Below, piece by piece: positions 1 to 13,475 of a DNA stretch of 64,000 nucleotides; positions within the stretch are counted from its first letter, which is position 1; the number at the start of each line of letters is the position of its first letter. The translations under genes were made by a program, and so were the position numbers. Origin of the DNA: Octopus vulgaris (Eukaryota); NCBI GenBank assembly GCA_951406725.2, contig OX597817.1, forward strand, positions 97,030,001-97,094,000. Reading direction: 5' to 3'. The notes under the pieces were generated by a model. The model saw nothing but the letters and a program-made list of their open reading frames with translations, was not told where the DNA came from and did no database searches.

Positions 1-790
1 CGAAAAGGAAGTGTGCAAACCCCTCAGCTTCTCAAAAGTACCAGAGAAAAGATATGGTGAAATCCTCATCATTCTGTCAGAAAACTGGCTGCCACAGCAA
101 AAATAAGCTGTATTGAGTACTGAAGGAGAATCTCAGGACCCACTCTTACAAGATGATCTACCATTACGTGCTCACATAAGTTTATAAGGCCATGAGACTG
201 AAAAAAAGTCGTCTTATCCTGCATCAGATAGCTGAAGGTATGCTGCCCAACTTAGTATTCACTGATGAAAAGAAATTGGAGATCAAACAGACAGTAAACC
301 ACTAGAATGACCAACTTTGGAGTGTATCTTGCTCTGTTGAGTGTAGACTCATAAATCAATGTCCAAATCCAGTCTTATGGTTTGGGCAACTGTGGCAGCC
401 ATTGGAAGGTCTCCTCTTGTTTTTGTGCCCTTAGATGTTAAAATGAACACCCAGCAATACATAAGCGACATCTTCGAAGTTGAACTGCATCCATGGGTGA
501 ATGGACACTTTCATGGTGCACTTTGAAGCCACCAACAGGACTCAGCACCATCCCACAGCTCCAAACAGACACAACACAGGATTCAGAAAAATATTCCATC
601 GCTCATAGGCAAGAATGTATGGCTCTCAGGAAGCCCCAATCTCAACTTGTTGGATTTTTTTCTTTTGTTCATTTTGGAGATGAGTGTCTTGAGCACTTCT
701 CATACTTTGCTCAAAACTCTGAAAGCAAAATTGCTCCAGGAATGGGCTTTGATTTCACAAGAACAACTGTGTGTTGCATGTGAAACATTC
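1..790 (+). mobile_element. Decayed Tc1/mariner-superfamily (maT/DD37D-type) transposase fragment
   Basis: Broken frames give VFTDEKK, MVWA, GRSPLVFV and QQDSAPSH...WLSGSPNLNLLDF. There are 37 residues between the last two Asp. Confidence 0.8.
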
Positions 791-2130
791 ACACCGTTTC
801 TGCCAAGAGGCCACGATATTCTCCATGCTAGCTCTATCTCTTCAGTGTTCTGTAGGGATGGGTAGATAGCGTTTGGATGTTGAGTGTGCCTCTAAGCTTC
901 ATCAGGTGTCTAAATGGTTAGGAGAGCCGATACATACAAGAGTCAGTTACTAATAGATACAGTATATTTTTCTTATTCAAGAGGGCATAAGAAGAAAAGG
1001 AGCAATACTTAGAGTGTGAGAGGAGTAAAATTTAGTAAAATGGATTAGTTATAGGAAAGGGAAATATGTCATAGATTTCAAGTGTTGCCTTCCAAGATTC
1101 ATGTTATTTTGTCCAGTGAGGAATAGGTAGGTATATTCGTTCTAAAGATGAGTTTTTTAAGAAGGGTAAATTTAGGCAGTGATTCTTATTTTGTTTACAT
1201 ATAAATATATGTTATGTTTGTGTTTACAGTGGTGTTCATTATTTTTTCGATCAACAAGTCTCTGAATCCTTGTGTGCAGTGGTTATGGTCAGTCCTGCAA
1301 CCTAATTGGTCAGCTATTTTTTGAAAACTATAACACAGTTCCAGTTCATTGATGGTTAACAGATAACACAAAAACAAATCAGATAAATAAATAAGTAAAT
1401 AAATAAATTAAAAAAATAAATGGATAAAAAACTGTGGCCACTATGGGCAAGTAGGAGAGCAGAATAACATTCAAACTAGATTAAATTGAATTAAATTAAA
1501 TTAAATTAAGACAAGTAAATAAATAAATAAATGGGTATGTGAGTGAGTACAATAACTAAAGCAATACGACTAAGGGGATATGATCTTAAGGGACAGCGTA
1601 AGAAAAAAAAAAATTATTTCAACCATATAGAAATAAAAATAAAAATCTAAAATATATATCTATCAGGGGAATCAGCTATATTGTTAAACATAAAATATAG
1701 AAATTGGACAGAGGATTCATTTTTGTTGGTAGGTGTAATAAGGAGGATTTTCTGACAAGGGACAACAAATGGAACGGACCGGATCGATTGCTTGTTTTTC
1801 TGAGTTATAGTTCTGTTGTGTCTGGGGAGAGTCATTCTCTTTTAGTGCCTTATTATTTAACACACTCACTGGTAGAATTTCCACTTTTTTTTTCTTATTT
1901 CTATTTTCTAAAATTTTTGTTGCGTCTTGCAACCTTTTCAATAGTTTTGATTCTTTCTGTTATTTACACTGCATTTCTTTTTTGTTTGTTTCAGTTATAT
2001 GGATATGGTTTAAACTACATGTAAACTTGATATAACAGAATAACCATCCTAATTATTTTAATGTATACTTTTTTATTTTTCCCTGCTGATACTCTATAGA
2101 AAGTTTTCTTTCTGTACTTTTTGTCCATCC
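784..2130 (-). mobile_element. Possible Penelope-like element remnant with degenerate hammerhead motif (784-849)
   Basis: Minus strand reads aacaCTGAAGA...GAAACggtGTGaatgtt, with a second CTGATGA near 900. No convincing RT motif was found. Confidence 0.3.
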
Positions 2131-2361
2131 TGTGAGAGAAATATCCTTCAACCATTTAACAACATGTTAACTGAAACAAACTCTAGTGAAACAATCTCCT
2201 ACAAACTTTATGGTATAGAAAAGAAAACATGACCAAAATTTTCAATTTTATTTTAATATTTCACTCTTAATTTTCAAGTATAATTTTCCTTTGTGAGTAA
2301 TGAAAGAAAAAGTTATTTTAATATTCTAAAAATGAAAGTATATTATTATGATCTTTTGTAG

Positions 2362-2490
2362 TATCTTTTCCATCTGAAATTGGTTATTTTAATCATCAAG
2401 TCTCCATGCAAGCAAAAAGTATACACATTCAATACCTAAAGAAGACTCAATGTAAATTCCTCATACTTTTTAATGTTAAATCTGTAACAG
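2362..2490 (+). pseudogene. Exon A (phase 1-1), CUB-like C-terminal half
   Basis: cttttgtag|...ACAG|gtaagt. Open frame SFPSEIGYFNHQVSMQAKSIHIQYLKKTQCKFLILFNVKSVT. Confidence 0.7.
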
Positions 2491-2586
2491 GTAAGTTGTG
2501 TACCAACATTTATTTTTCATGTTTGACATTGATTTCTGACTAGTTTACAAGACCAATTTTTTTAAAAGGTGGGCATATTTAATTGA

Positions 2587-2644
<58 letters not shown>

Positions 2645-2647
<3 letters not shown>

Positions 2648-3048
2648 CATCATCATCATTTAACGTCCATCTTCCATGTTGGCATGGGTTGGAAAGTTTG
2701 ACAGGAGCCAGCCAGGTAGAAGACTACACCAGGCTTCAGTATCTGTTTTGGCATGATCTTTACAGCTAAATGCTCTTTCTAATACCAACCACCCCATAGA
2801 GTAGAGTGAGTATTTTTTACATGGCATAGGTGTATGGTTAAGAAGCTTGCTTCCCAGTTATGTGGTCTTGGAGTTAGTGTGGTGGATGGAAACTGAAATA
2901 CACCTGTTGTGTGTGTGCATGCATTCATATGTACCCTAGTCTTAACATCACATGATGGTTGTAAATGGGCATCATCATCACACAAGTGAAGTTGTTCATT
3001 TCTAATCTTCTATAAAAACATGTCTTGCTATGAGAAAATATTACAATG
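2645..3048. mobile_element. Short RTE-tail element ((CAT)n end) followed by a tRNA-derived SINE remnant
   Basis: catcatttaacgtcc...ggcatgggttgg matches the RTE 3' ends in this window. gtatggttaagaagcttgcttccc matches the SINE head seen at 26.4, 51.2 and 54.2 kb. Confidence 0.7.
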
Positions 3049-5760
3049 TGTTGTATCCCCTGTTGAACTATTATAACACCACTCCAGTATAGCAGTATAG
3101 TTAGTTAGACAAGTAAAACACGACTACCTATCTTGGACTACTGAACTGACACTCCTCAACTTCCTATGTCACATTATTTGTAATGATTAGCACATACCAC
3201 TCATCACATGGGAGGGGTGTTACTATTCTCTCCATAACATCCCCATTTTAAGTTTTTCTTTTTTTAGGGAGTGTAATTTTATTTCTTTTATTAGTAATAA
3301 TTTTTACATCTCCTCACCTCACCTCCTTTTGCAAATGTCGCAAATGTCAGTTCCACTGGTGACATACCTGCTGGTTTATTTGAATTTGGTGGTATACAGT
3401 ATACTCTTAAGAATTGTTGTAGAGCTACATCATCCATGGCTTCCTTATTCAACTTTCTTGGGGCTCTCTTAAATGTATCAACATAGTGTTCTGCTTGTCT
3501 GTTAGATCTGGAATGGTATGGTGCAGTAGTTACATGTTCTGCAGCAAACGTTTTATGAAACTTTTTAAACTCAAAAGACACAAATTGCATTCCATTAGCA
3601 GACACTATTGTGTTTGGGACACCAAATCTCGCAAACAGCTCATGTAAAATGTTTGTCACAGCTGAGGAGGTTGGCTTTTTGCACCTACGAATTTTTGGCC
3701 ATTTAAAGAAACTATCTACTATCACTAAGTAGTATGAACCATATAAGGGACCAATGAAATCGATGTGTAGTCTCAATGATGGAACATCTACTTTTGGCCA
3801 AGTTTCACTTTTTATTGTTGGTAATTTTGCTGCTAGAGCACATCCTCAGCAGCCTTTTACTAAATTTTCAATTTATCTAACCATTTCTGCCAGCATACAT
3901 AGTTACGCATTAAAGCTTCCAGCCTAAAAATATCTGGATGTCCAACATGAAATTCCCTCAACATTTTCTTTTGCAGTGTTTCAGGTATTACTACTCTCTG
4001 TGCATACATCAGTACACCATCACAAGTTGAGTATAGGTTCATGTCTTGGTTTTGTTTCACGCCAATCCTGTTCCCGTTTACTTTTCCTGTTCACTGTATT
4101 CATTTCTGTTATGAATTTGTCTTTTCTACATTTAGTTTTATATCTTCAAGGGTCACCAGTAATTTTTGTACCACATTCCACATTACATTTTTTTTTACTT
4201 CTTCTTCTGATCTTAATGACTCACAGTGTTTCAGTATCAGTCTGGACAAACGATCCGTATGCCCTAGTTTTTTTTATAGTAAATATTCCATTTTGTAATC
4301 ATAATTCAATAATGTAGTACTCCATTGCTGTAGTCTATTCATTGTGTGTTTATGGTTTTCCTTTTTTAGAACCATATATTGACAGTTATGGGCATGGTCT
4401 GTTTGTAGACAGAAACTTCTTCCATGAATAACTCTATGGAATTTTTTCACACTGAATATGATTGCTAACACTTCCTTTTCTATTTGGCTATGGTTCCTTT
4501 CAGCTGGTAATAATGATTGTGATGCATGGGCTATAGCCATTTTACTCCCACCATCATATTTGTGTAGGAGCACTGCTCCTACACTATAATCACTCACATT
4601 TGTAGCCAATATAATATCCAACTTTGGATTAAAATGCATTAATGACAAGTTCAATGTTAAAATGTTTTTTAATTTGTCAAATGCCTTCTGATACTTATCA
4701 GCCCAGCACCATTTTGCATTTTTCTTTAGCAGATCATTGAGTGGGGCCCTTACATTGTGTATATTGGGGATATAATTTTGATAGTAATTCATTAATCCCA
4801 AGAATGCTTGTAGCATAGTTACATTACTTAGTGTGGGCATATTTTTATCACAGTTGCTCTGGATGGATCCAGTTTCCATCTGTTTATATCTATTATCTGG
4901 CCCAAGTATTTAATTCTTTTCAGAAAAAACTCATATTTGGCAATGTGAGATTAAGCAATCATTCAAACCTGTTGAAAAATCTGCACAAACTCTTAACTTA
5001 CTATGTTTCTTATAAATGTAGACCATAGGTGCTGCCCAATCTGAGTGGTCCATCTTCTCCATTATTCCTAGGCTTTCAAGTCTTTCAAGTTCCTTATTTA
5101 CCTGTTCTAGTGCCATGAACAGTACATTCTGTTTTTGCTTAAATACAGGTGTTGCACTTTGTTTTATTACAATTTTTGCCTTCATTTTCGTGCAGCAGCC
5201 CAGTTCATCTGAGAAAACAACTGGAAATAAATGTTTTATTTTGCGTTTCAATCCCTCAGCCACATTAGAGCCCTCAACTGAATTCACTATATTCCCACAC
5301 AAAATAATTATGGACACATTTCACATTTTGAACAGTTCCATCTACTCTGTGCCAAATAGATTTACTGAATTTTTGAACACATATTTTTAATTTTTTCATT
5401 TGGTCATGAAATGTCACATTACACACAAATTCACCTACAAAATACAATCTTTTACCCATGACACCGTGTGCTACTTTAGTAGATTTACTTAATTTCAGCT
5501 TACTGATATACTTCCAAGTTCCTTCATTCACAATGGTAATATCACTCCCAGTATCTAGCTGCATTTTTACTCTTATATTTTTAATTTTCACATTTACAAA
5601 TTTCCTCTTTGTCACATTACTATTTTTTCAACAACATCTTGTTTGTTCTTTTTTCTCTGTTCCAACGTTTTGTCATCTTGGTTTTATAGTGTGCTTTTAC
5701 ATGTCCAATTTTTCCACAAAGAAAGCAGTGCATGTGTTTCTCACTGGCATAATGACCTTC
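3049..5760 (-). mobile_element. 5'-truncated Ty3/gypsy LTR retrotransposon; 3' LTR 3049-3239
   Basis: Zn knuckle CFLCGKIGH, protease MQLDTGSD, RT WAAPMV..LRVCADF, RNase H, and integrase RLHIDFIGP..APYHSRSN, in gypsy order. A purine tract at 3240-3250 adjoins a TG...CA LTR. Confidence 0.9.
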
Positions 5761-5926
5761 TCAAAATACAAAAATGAAAAATTCATGATAGATTTAGCTT
5801 CTTATTTTATGGAGATATGGATCTTCTTTCTGTTTAATAGTTTATAAAACTTGAAACTAAATTCTGCTTTTATGAAGACAAGACTTGGTGAATCATTTAT
5901 TTTTTATCTGCCAAAATACTTTTCAG

Positions 5927-6020
5927 TTCCTTCCTGCTTCCTCAGCCCCACTATTGATGTCATCAGTGGACCAAGAAGATTCCTGAATGTTCCACAAACT
6001 GCACCATTTGACCTTGATGT
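5927..6020 (+). pseudogene. Exon B (phase 1-2), start of CUB-like domain
   Basis: acttttcag|...GATGT|gtatgt. Reads VPSCFLSPTIDVISGPRRFLNVPQTAPFDLDV and joins exons A and C in frame. Confidence 0.75.
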
Positions 6021-7201
6021 GTATGTATTATACTACTTATTAGTATCTGTTCAAGGATCATTAATTAATACATATCTCTTTCATTAAAATTTCAATTTCT
6101 AGACAAAAAAGATCATGATGCATCCAGTATGTTAGTGACTGGATAATAATATCACTATATATATTCTGTTCCATAGCTTCAATATTTGTTCCCTCTAATT
6201 AGTAACAAGCCTAATATTCTAACCTCCCTCAGTTAACATTATTGACGGCCAAGAAAGTTGTGAAAAAGTCATGAGCAGTGTAACTCACTGCACACAACAA
6301 GCCTATAGCTTTCTATGCTTACTTCTGTGGCACATTGATACCATCACCTGTCACCTTAATCATCAAGTGAAGGTGACCGGTGATGGTATTATGAGATCAT
6401 CCCTAGTGGGTTGGTATGGATCCTCACAGATGCGCCCATTCATTGAACTGAACAGATCAAACAAAATGCAAAGAGTGTGTGAGGTCAAATTTCTCCTACT
6501 TGTAGCATGAAAACCATTTCTGTGTACTAGTTTCAGTAATAGTGCCTTCTCCATATACAGCACAAATGTCTCAAATGATTTTGGTGACTTTGGGACCTTA
6601 ACTGAAAGCAAAGAGAAGCAGCTTTCAAAAAGCTCATTTTTACCTACTTTGCACTTTTGTTTGAAAAAGGGTAAAATTTATTCAAATTTCAAAACAATAA
6701 ACAAAAGCTGTTGAGAAAGAACAGAGCAACAAAAGGTCATAAAATGCTATGATAAATATATTTTTCATGTTAATTTGATAATATTGGAAAGAAATAAATG
6801 AATTTAGTTGATGACCCCAAAAAACTTTCAAAGCATTTTTATGAAGGAGATGCAAGAAATTATTCTTCTCCAACATCATTGAAATATGGTGCTGCTACTA
6901 CAACATTCATCACCATTAACCCTCTCTATATTACATATTTTAACAGCCTAAAGTCTACATTCAAACAGTGAATTGACCTTCCTCAAGTGGAGCTGATTTG
7001 TTCTAATTAACAAGAACAATCACTTAACATCAGCCCTAATTTTACTATCATTAGTCATCACCAATACCAAAAACACCATTCACTACTGCCTCCCCAACAT
7101 TTTAAAGCACCACCAAAATAAGCCATTAATTGATTAATTATAATATAACTTGTATAATAGCTTCAAATTCTCAACATTTTTTCTTTTTGTTTGTTTAACA
7201 G

Positions 7202-7549
7202 GAAAGAATGTAAATGGACATTCAGAATTAAACCAAACCATATTTTATGGCTTGAGATTATAACAACAAACACAAGTGCAATGTCAACTTACTCCTCTTT
7301 CTCATACTATGATGGTGAGGGAATTCCCAGCAACAAGAGTCTGGATTAATATTTATTTCCTAAATATAGCTTGATAATAATGATTCCTTACATTGGGTCA
7401 AGATTACAAATTTGTTGGATTGAAATTGATTGGATCAACACTAAAATGTGTCTGAGATTTCTTTTATCAATACTATGAAAGATAAAGTGGATGAATGGCA
7501 AAGTGAATCTTGGGATGTAAACTTGAAGGATGAAACTAAATACCATGAA
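7202..7549 (+). pseudogene. Exon C, CUB-like core, disrupted in 3' part
   Basis: gtttaacag|G then KECKWTFRIKPNHILWLEII...FSYYDG (CUB C-x-W...YDG pattern). A TAA and two frameshifts follow, and the exon ends KYHE|gtatgt. A possible internal donor lies at 7314/7315. Confidence 0.7.
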
Positions 7550-7849
7550 GTATGTTAACTCTAGCATTCCCCAGTTTCTGCCATGCACATCACACAAAAT
7601 GCTTAGCTGCATTTCTTCCAGCTCTTTAAAGTCTGAGTTCTAATACTGCTGTGGTTAACTTAGCCTTTCACCCTTTCAGGTCAGTAACATACCAGTTAAG
7701 TACTAGGGGTCAATGCAATCAACTAACACCCTCACCCTACAATTTCTAGGCTTGTGCCAAAATTTGAAACCATCCTTATTGTTTTTATTATTGTTTACTT
7801 AGCATTTTGTTGTCGTTCTGTCAGCATTGGATTACTACATGTCCAGTTG

Positions 7850-8600
7850 CATTCTACAACCTTAGATATCAAACATCTTTCTTATCATCCTTGTTGTGCC
7901 AAACAAACAAGCTTTTTATAGAGCGAGGAAATTCATTTTGATGTCCAACATCTTTAACCAGTCACTTCTTGCAACTCGTTCTTAAGGTTCCTATTCTTTG
8001 AAGTTTCTATTTTAGGCTCTGGTATTTTTTCTAATTTCTCATATTCTTTTACTAATTATCTTACATTATATGAGCAAGTAATGTCAGTTAAGCATCACAG
8101 TCTTTTCTTTTTATTGAATATTGAATTCATGTCTTGGCATGAATGTTCTATTTACTGGTCCATTTTAAATTTCATATCCCATACTATCTTTACATGGTAA
8201 TTTTCAAAGATTCTTCAAATTCATTTTTTCACAGATTTGTGAATGTTTGACAACAGTAATCTTATTATATCTTCAGTTCTTATAGACCTTATAGATAAAT
8301 GATGTTGACCAATGGGGTGGTTAACATCGCTTTCATTACTCATTTTACCCCTTTTCATCTTTATCATGCGCTTATGGTTTTTTTTTTTTTGGTGTTTTGT
8401 GTCCCCAATGTTTTGTATTGTCCCATTCTGTGTAAAGCCCCTTGTAGGTAATAAAAAATCAAGTTCTTATATACCTTCTGAGCAAGTGCTTTACATTCAG
8501 GGATTATACACACAATTATCTCTTCTCTTTGACCACACAGTCTACATCCAGCCAAGATATCTTCCTTATTTCTGTTCTTCTTAATGTATCTTGTTCTGAT
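7850..8600 (-). mobile_element. Fragment of a restriction-like-endonuclease LINE (R4/Dong-like C-terminus)
   Basis: CRLCGQREE....CKALAQKVYK zinc-finger motif, with a decayed KEYEKIRK-type segment downstream. Confidence 0.55.
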
Positions 8601-8699
8601 TAGCTGATCCTACACAGCTAGGATCAAGTCCCCTGACTCTTCAAAACTCCTTTTTACTCTTCAGTGCTTTGAAAAAACTTTCCATGTAAACTTCTTTGT

Positions 8700-8960
8700 T
8701 TGTATTGTTACTCTGTTTGTGTCCACAAGTAAGTTGGTGTTGAGCAATCAATCTGACAACAATAGAATAGTACTGGGGATTGTCTCTTTCACTCAGACCA
8801 TGTGGCACACATGCACTGAAGTTTTGGACCTTACCCATTGAATGAAGGTGACAGGCAGTGGTATCTTGAGAGCATCTTATCTGCTGGGCCAATTCCCTAG
8901 CTCTGTGAACTTCACAGAGCTAGGGAAAGTTCGGCACTTCAACACTTCTACCTTATTAAA
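8700..8960 (-). mobile_element. Mariner transposase fragment
   Basis: HLHSMGKVQNFSACVPHGLSE matches the WVPHEL motif region. Confidence 0.7.
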
Positions 8961-9023
8961 AACATTTCAACATATGTTTATGTGTTCAAAACAATTTCAA
9001 CTTTTTTATGTGTATTTCATTAG

Positions 9024-9140
9024 TATGTATACTTGTTTATGCAAGTGTACATACTGATGCATCATTGCATCAACTATTCACTGAAATTTTGATACAGCTC
9101 TAAAAGTATACCAAGGACTATATATTTTTTAAATATACAG
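9024..9140 (+). pseudogene. Exon D, first hemopexin-like repeat
   Basis: ttcattag|...ACAG|gtaact. Removing two extra T in T-runs gives CINYSLKFDTALKVYQGLYIFKY, resembling the MMP C....FDA...RG..FFFK pattern. Confidence 0.65.
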
Positions 9141-9349
9141 GTAACTCCTTTTGTAAATGATTGAATGGCATATATAATTGCTTGTTCTCCTTTTGTCAGG
9201 GAGCAAGCATCTGTTGTGTAATTGCCTTCATTGCCATTGGTTCATTCCCCTTACAACACTAACCTTGGCATTTGTAAACTGTATTTAAGGGAATTGTTCA
9301 CCATCCTTTGAAACCACAACTCCTCATTATTTAATAGATTCTCAGATGT

Positions 9350-9722
9350 GGTGGAAGCACTCCGTCGGTTATGACGATGAGGGTTCCGGTTGATCCGAAT
9401 CAACGGAACAGCCTGCTCGTGAAATTAACATGTAAGTGGCTGAGCACTCCACAGACACGTGTACCGTTAATGTAGTTCTCGGGGATATTCAGCGTGACTC
9501 AGAGAGTGACCAGGCCGGCCCTTTGAAATACAGGTACAACAGAAACAGGAAGTAAGAGTGAGAGAAAGTTGTGGTGAAAGAGTACAGCAGGGATCACCAC
9601 CATCCCCTGCCGAAGCCTCGTGGAGCTTTAGGTGTTTTCACTCAATAAACACTCACAACGCCCAGTCTGGGAATTGAAACCGCGAGTCCGCTGCCCTAAC
9701 CACTGGGCCATTGCGCCTCCAC
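9350..9722 (-). mobile_element. tRNA-derived SINE with 10-bp target-site duplication
   Basis: Head ggaggcgcaatggcccagtggttagggc...ggtttcaattccc has A/B-box-like motifs. TSD TCTCAGATGT at 9340-9349 and 9723-9732. Confidence 0.85.
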
Positions 9723-9732
9723 TCTCAGATGT

Positions 9733-10690
9733 AATCCTTTCATATAAACACTGGTTCTACTCATTGTTTGCCCATTTTGTTAAATCTATGTAATTCCCTA
9801 ATCATAATTAACCTTAATTACAATTAAGTCACACTAGTAACATAAATCTTTCAACTAAATATTTCTTCTTAATATTACTTTTGCAAATTCCTCCTACCCA
9901 CCACATCTTCACTTACAGCCACCCCATCCTCATTCTTTGAATTCCTTTCCCCATCTTCTCCTCATCCAAAACTACTTTACTGCTACCATCACAACCTATA
10001 TATCCATTCCTCTTCTCTTCTCCATCCATACTTATTCACATACACTCTTACATACTTCAGCACTCTCTGTCAACAATCCACCTTCATTCTTGAAATTCCA
10101 CCTTCACCACCCCACTAGAATATTTAACTGAACTCTTTCCCTCCCTTAATATTCGATCCCTCTTGTTCTCACTATCTTAACATCCTAAATTTTATCATCT
10201 ATTCATAAACCCAACAACATTGACCATCCTTCAAATACCACCTGTACTACCCTTCCCATTCATCTCCCAACTCTCCACTTCTATTACTAATTCTCTCAAT
10301 ACCCTGTTCATTCACCCCTTCCATCTTCTTGATCTGACTCCATTATCTCACCTTCTTTTTCTTGCTCCAACACTCCCCACACTCTCATTGAGCCACCTAC
10401 CTCCTCCAGCCTCTGTTACTTGCTTGTCTTCCACTACACCCATTCTACCTTTAGATTTCCCTGCATAATAATCTGGTACATAAGATTCTTATCTCTCCAC
10501 CCTGAAGAAGGAGGCTTGATTTTTTCCAATGTTTGTTTGATTCCATTACTGCTAACAAATTTTTGGTGAACTACATCTGCCAACATTATGAAGTAACTCA
10601 GAGCTCCCAGAAACAGTTGTTAGGCTTGTAACACTATACCATCTCCCCTCTAATTCTTTGATTCTATGTAATCTGAGTGAGTTTGCTCTA
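9733..10690 (+). mobile_element. Probable Penelope-like element 3' region with hammerhead motif
   Basis: C/T-skewed region ending in cCTGAAGAaggag...ctcccaGAAACagttGTtagg (10499-10625). Confidence 0.5.
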
Positions 10691-10869
10691 CTAATATATA
10701 AATATAGATATATTTATACTTGAATGTTAATCATCAGAAAATTTTGCAGTGTTTGCTTTTCTTTATTTACATGTATACAAGTATATATACATTCAGTACA
10801 CTAAACTCAAGGAGTGTTATCTGTTTATTTGCAACATTATCTCTATTATGTGTATATATATATATGTAT

Positions 10870-11500
10870 CGTCATTGTCATCATCATCATCATCATTGTT
10901 TAACTTCCTCCTTCCATGCTGGCATAGGCTGGCCAGTTTGACTGGGCAGGAGCTTGCACCATGCTTCTGTGTCTGTTTTGGCATGGTTTTTATGGCTGGA
11001 TGCCCTTCCTAATACCAACCATTTTGTAGAGTGGGCTGAGTGATTTTTACATGGCACCTGCACAGATGAAGTCAGTTTTGGTATGATTTTTGCAGCTGGA
11101 TGCCCTTCTAAACACCAGCTACTTTACAGAGTGGATTAGGTGCTTATTAAGTGGCACCTGCACTGGCAGGGTCACCAAGTATATATGAAAGTATATATGT
11201 ATATAAATGAAACAAAAACGCAATAGAGGGTATTAAAGCATCCGGACATTCATTTTCCATATTTAGTAACCTTTCATAGTAGCACTTCCACTCATCTTTT
11301 TTCTTTGAGACACTAAATGCTAGTATACCATTATCCATTTTCACACATTTTTCACCCACATCTCTATTCTCTCTGATGCACTGTTTTGCAATCCAGAAAA
11401 CCTCACATCTCTGATGCTTGTGCTGTAGAACATTGGCAAATCTCTTACCTTCTGCGATTCCTTTTGCTATGTGAACCTGTTGCCTAGCTTTCCTTCTGTA
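10870..11500 (-). mobile_element. RTE-tail short element, small repeat and internal RTE ORF fragment
   Basis: (CAT)n tail plus RTE 3'UTR motifs. ARQQVHIAKG...GEKCVKMDNG...YYERLLN matches the RTE at 14.2-17.2 kb. Confidence 0.8.
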
Positions 11501-11529
11501 AAAAATACCTTGTGACAAGAATTTTACAG

Positions 11530-11660
11530 AAAGCAATGCTTTATGAATTTTGTTCAGATTTGTCTCTCTCAGATACATCCCATTGACGATGTTTGGCATT
11601 CCTGATAGATGGCAACACTGAACAAACTAGGTGTTTTCACAACTTTTTATCATAAGGGAG
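11530..11660 (+). pseudogene. Exon E, hemopexin-like repeat, frameshifted
   Basis: attttacag|...GGAG|gtattt. Pieces IHPIDDV, FGIPD and (ID)ATLNKLGVFTTFYHKG lie in different frames. Confidence 0.55.
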
Positions 11661-11767
11661 GTATTTTCTCCACAGTAACTTCAATGAATTTACCTTTTAC
11701 CAGTTGAAATATGTCAAAAACATATTTTAACTAACATAAATTTTGCTTATGCCAGAGCACTGCTAAC

Positions 11768-11813
<46 letters not shown>

Positions 11814-11814
11814 G

Positions 11815-12350
11815 ATGGAGCATCATGTCCCATTCAAACTGCTGCAGCCTTTGGAATGTCCTCCTTGCTGTAAGTGTTTGAGCATTATCTTCTCTGCTAG
11901 TTCCTCAACAGTTACTATGGGATTTTGTTCCACCAAGGTTTGGAGGATGTCCTTGTCAAGCTCTACAAATCTTCCAGGATGAGGTTTGTCTTCTAGACTG
12001 CAGTTTCCAGCTCGAAATTTCTGGAACTACCATTGACACTGGCTTACATTTACTGTCCGATCCCCATATACTGTATTAATATTCCTCACACTATCTGTTG
12101 CATTGTTGCCTTCATTGAACTCATAAAGCAAAATATGCTGAATATGCTCCTTTGACACTTCCATTATAACTTTGAAAAAATATCTGTTAAAATTGAACTG
12201 CACTCTTCAAAACTTGTACCTAGAATAAGTACAAGTTAAATTACAACCTGCTTTTAAAGCAAGTTGATGCAGGTAGTATATCTTGTCCCTCTCTATCTTT
12301 AAGCTCATGCAATTGAAAACAACAGCATTTTTTATGGGATGACCCAATTT
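11815..12350 (-). mobile_element. 5' half of a mariner element (same family as 27428-28694)
   Basis: TIR ttgggtcatcccataaaaaatgc. The N-terminal HTH region is collinear with the 27.6-kb copy. Confidence 0.85.
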
Positions 12351-12504
12351 ATATGTGTGTATGTGTGAGTGTGCGTGAGTGTGTGTATATATATATGTAT
12401 ATATATGTATATATGTATATATATATATGTGTATATATATATATATATATTTATTTATATTCATGGATACAAGATAGTACCAGCATTGCTAGAAATAAGA
12501 GTTG

Positions 12505-13239
12505 AAGATATGTATATATATATATGTATATAAATGAAACAAAAACGCAATAGAGGACATTAAAGCATTCGGACAGATAGATGATACAAAGGTGGACAAG
12601 AGAAACAACAATTAGAAGGACAGGCAAAAAAAAGGGTCAGCCTTGGCTTTCTTCCATCAGTCAAGTCCCAGAAATCCTGACCATTTCAGGCAGTTACACT
12701 TGAGGTGGTTCAATCTGGTTGTCCCCAAAAAGTCTAAGCTAAGAGCATTAAACCCCTTTGTAAGAAAACTAGCAAATGTGTATAGCAACAAAGACAAAAA
12801 ATAAATAAACAAAAACAAATGGAGAACATGGTACACAATTATGAATACAAACAACAAGAAATAACAACAGGCGTCTATCAACTGAGAACAAATCAAATTG
12901 AGCTGGCGTGGAACATGAGAGATGGACACAAGAGGTGTTGACGATTGGCAGTCAGGCCAAGAAAGAAAGATCATGCCTGGCTGGACAACAGTCACGTGGA
13001 AGGTGGAGAGATGGGTAGGGGATGGCAGGATTGAAGGATTAGAAAAAAAACAGAGACAAAGAGAAAGGTACAGGGGAGATAAACGAGTGGGAAGTAGTGG
13101 GAGTTAAAGAAAGAGAAGGCCAAAAAATGTGAGAGAGGGAAAGCAAGAAAAAGGAAGGAAAACGAGAGGGGGAATAAAAGATAGAGTAAGAGTCGTACAA
13201 AATTTAGATACATACCTTCTATAAGGTGAGCACATATGC

Positions 13240-13274
<35 letters not shown>

Positions 13275-13475
13275 TAAATATAAATATAAATATAGAAATG
13301 AAACAAAAACGCAGTAGAGTGCATTAAACCGTTCGGACAGATGGATGATTCAAAGGCAGTCAAAAGAAAATCAATTAGGACAGGCAAAAAAAAAACGGAT
13401 CATTCTTGGGTTTCCTTCATCTGTCTCAAGTCCCAGAAGTCATGACCATTTTAAGCAGCTACACTGAGATGGTTC
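12505..13475. repeat. Two copies of an interspersed repeat inserted at (TA)n (third partial copy 11185-11250)
   Basis: Shared aaatgaaacaaaaacgca-tagag...cggacagat-gatgat-caaagg at about 12535, 13297 and 11205. Confidence 0.7.

Noticed and set aside
6271-6611. Short ORFs with a WHID integrase-like word
   Set aside because: No further DDE motifs could be aligned.
9680-9722. tRNA gene
   Set aside because: It is the tRNA-like head of a TSD-flanked SINE, without a full cloverleaf.
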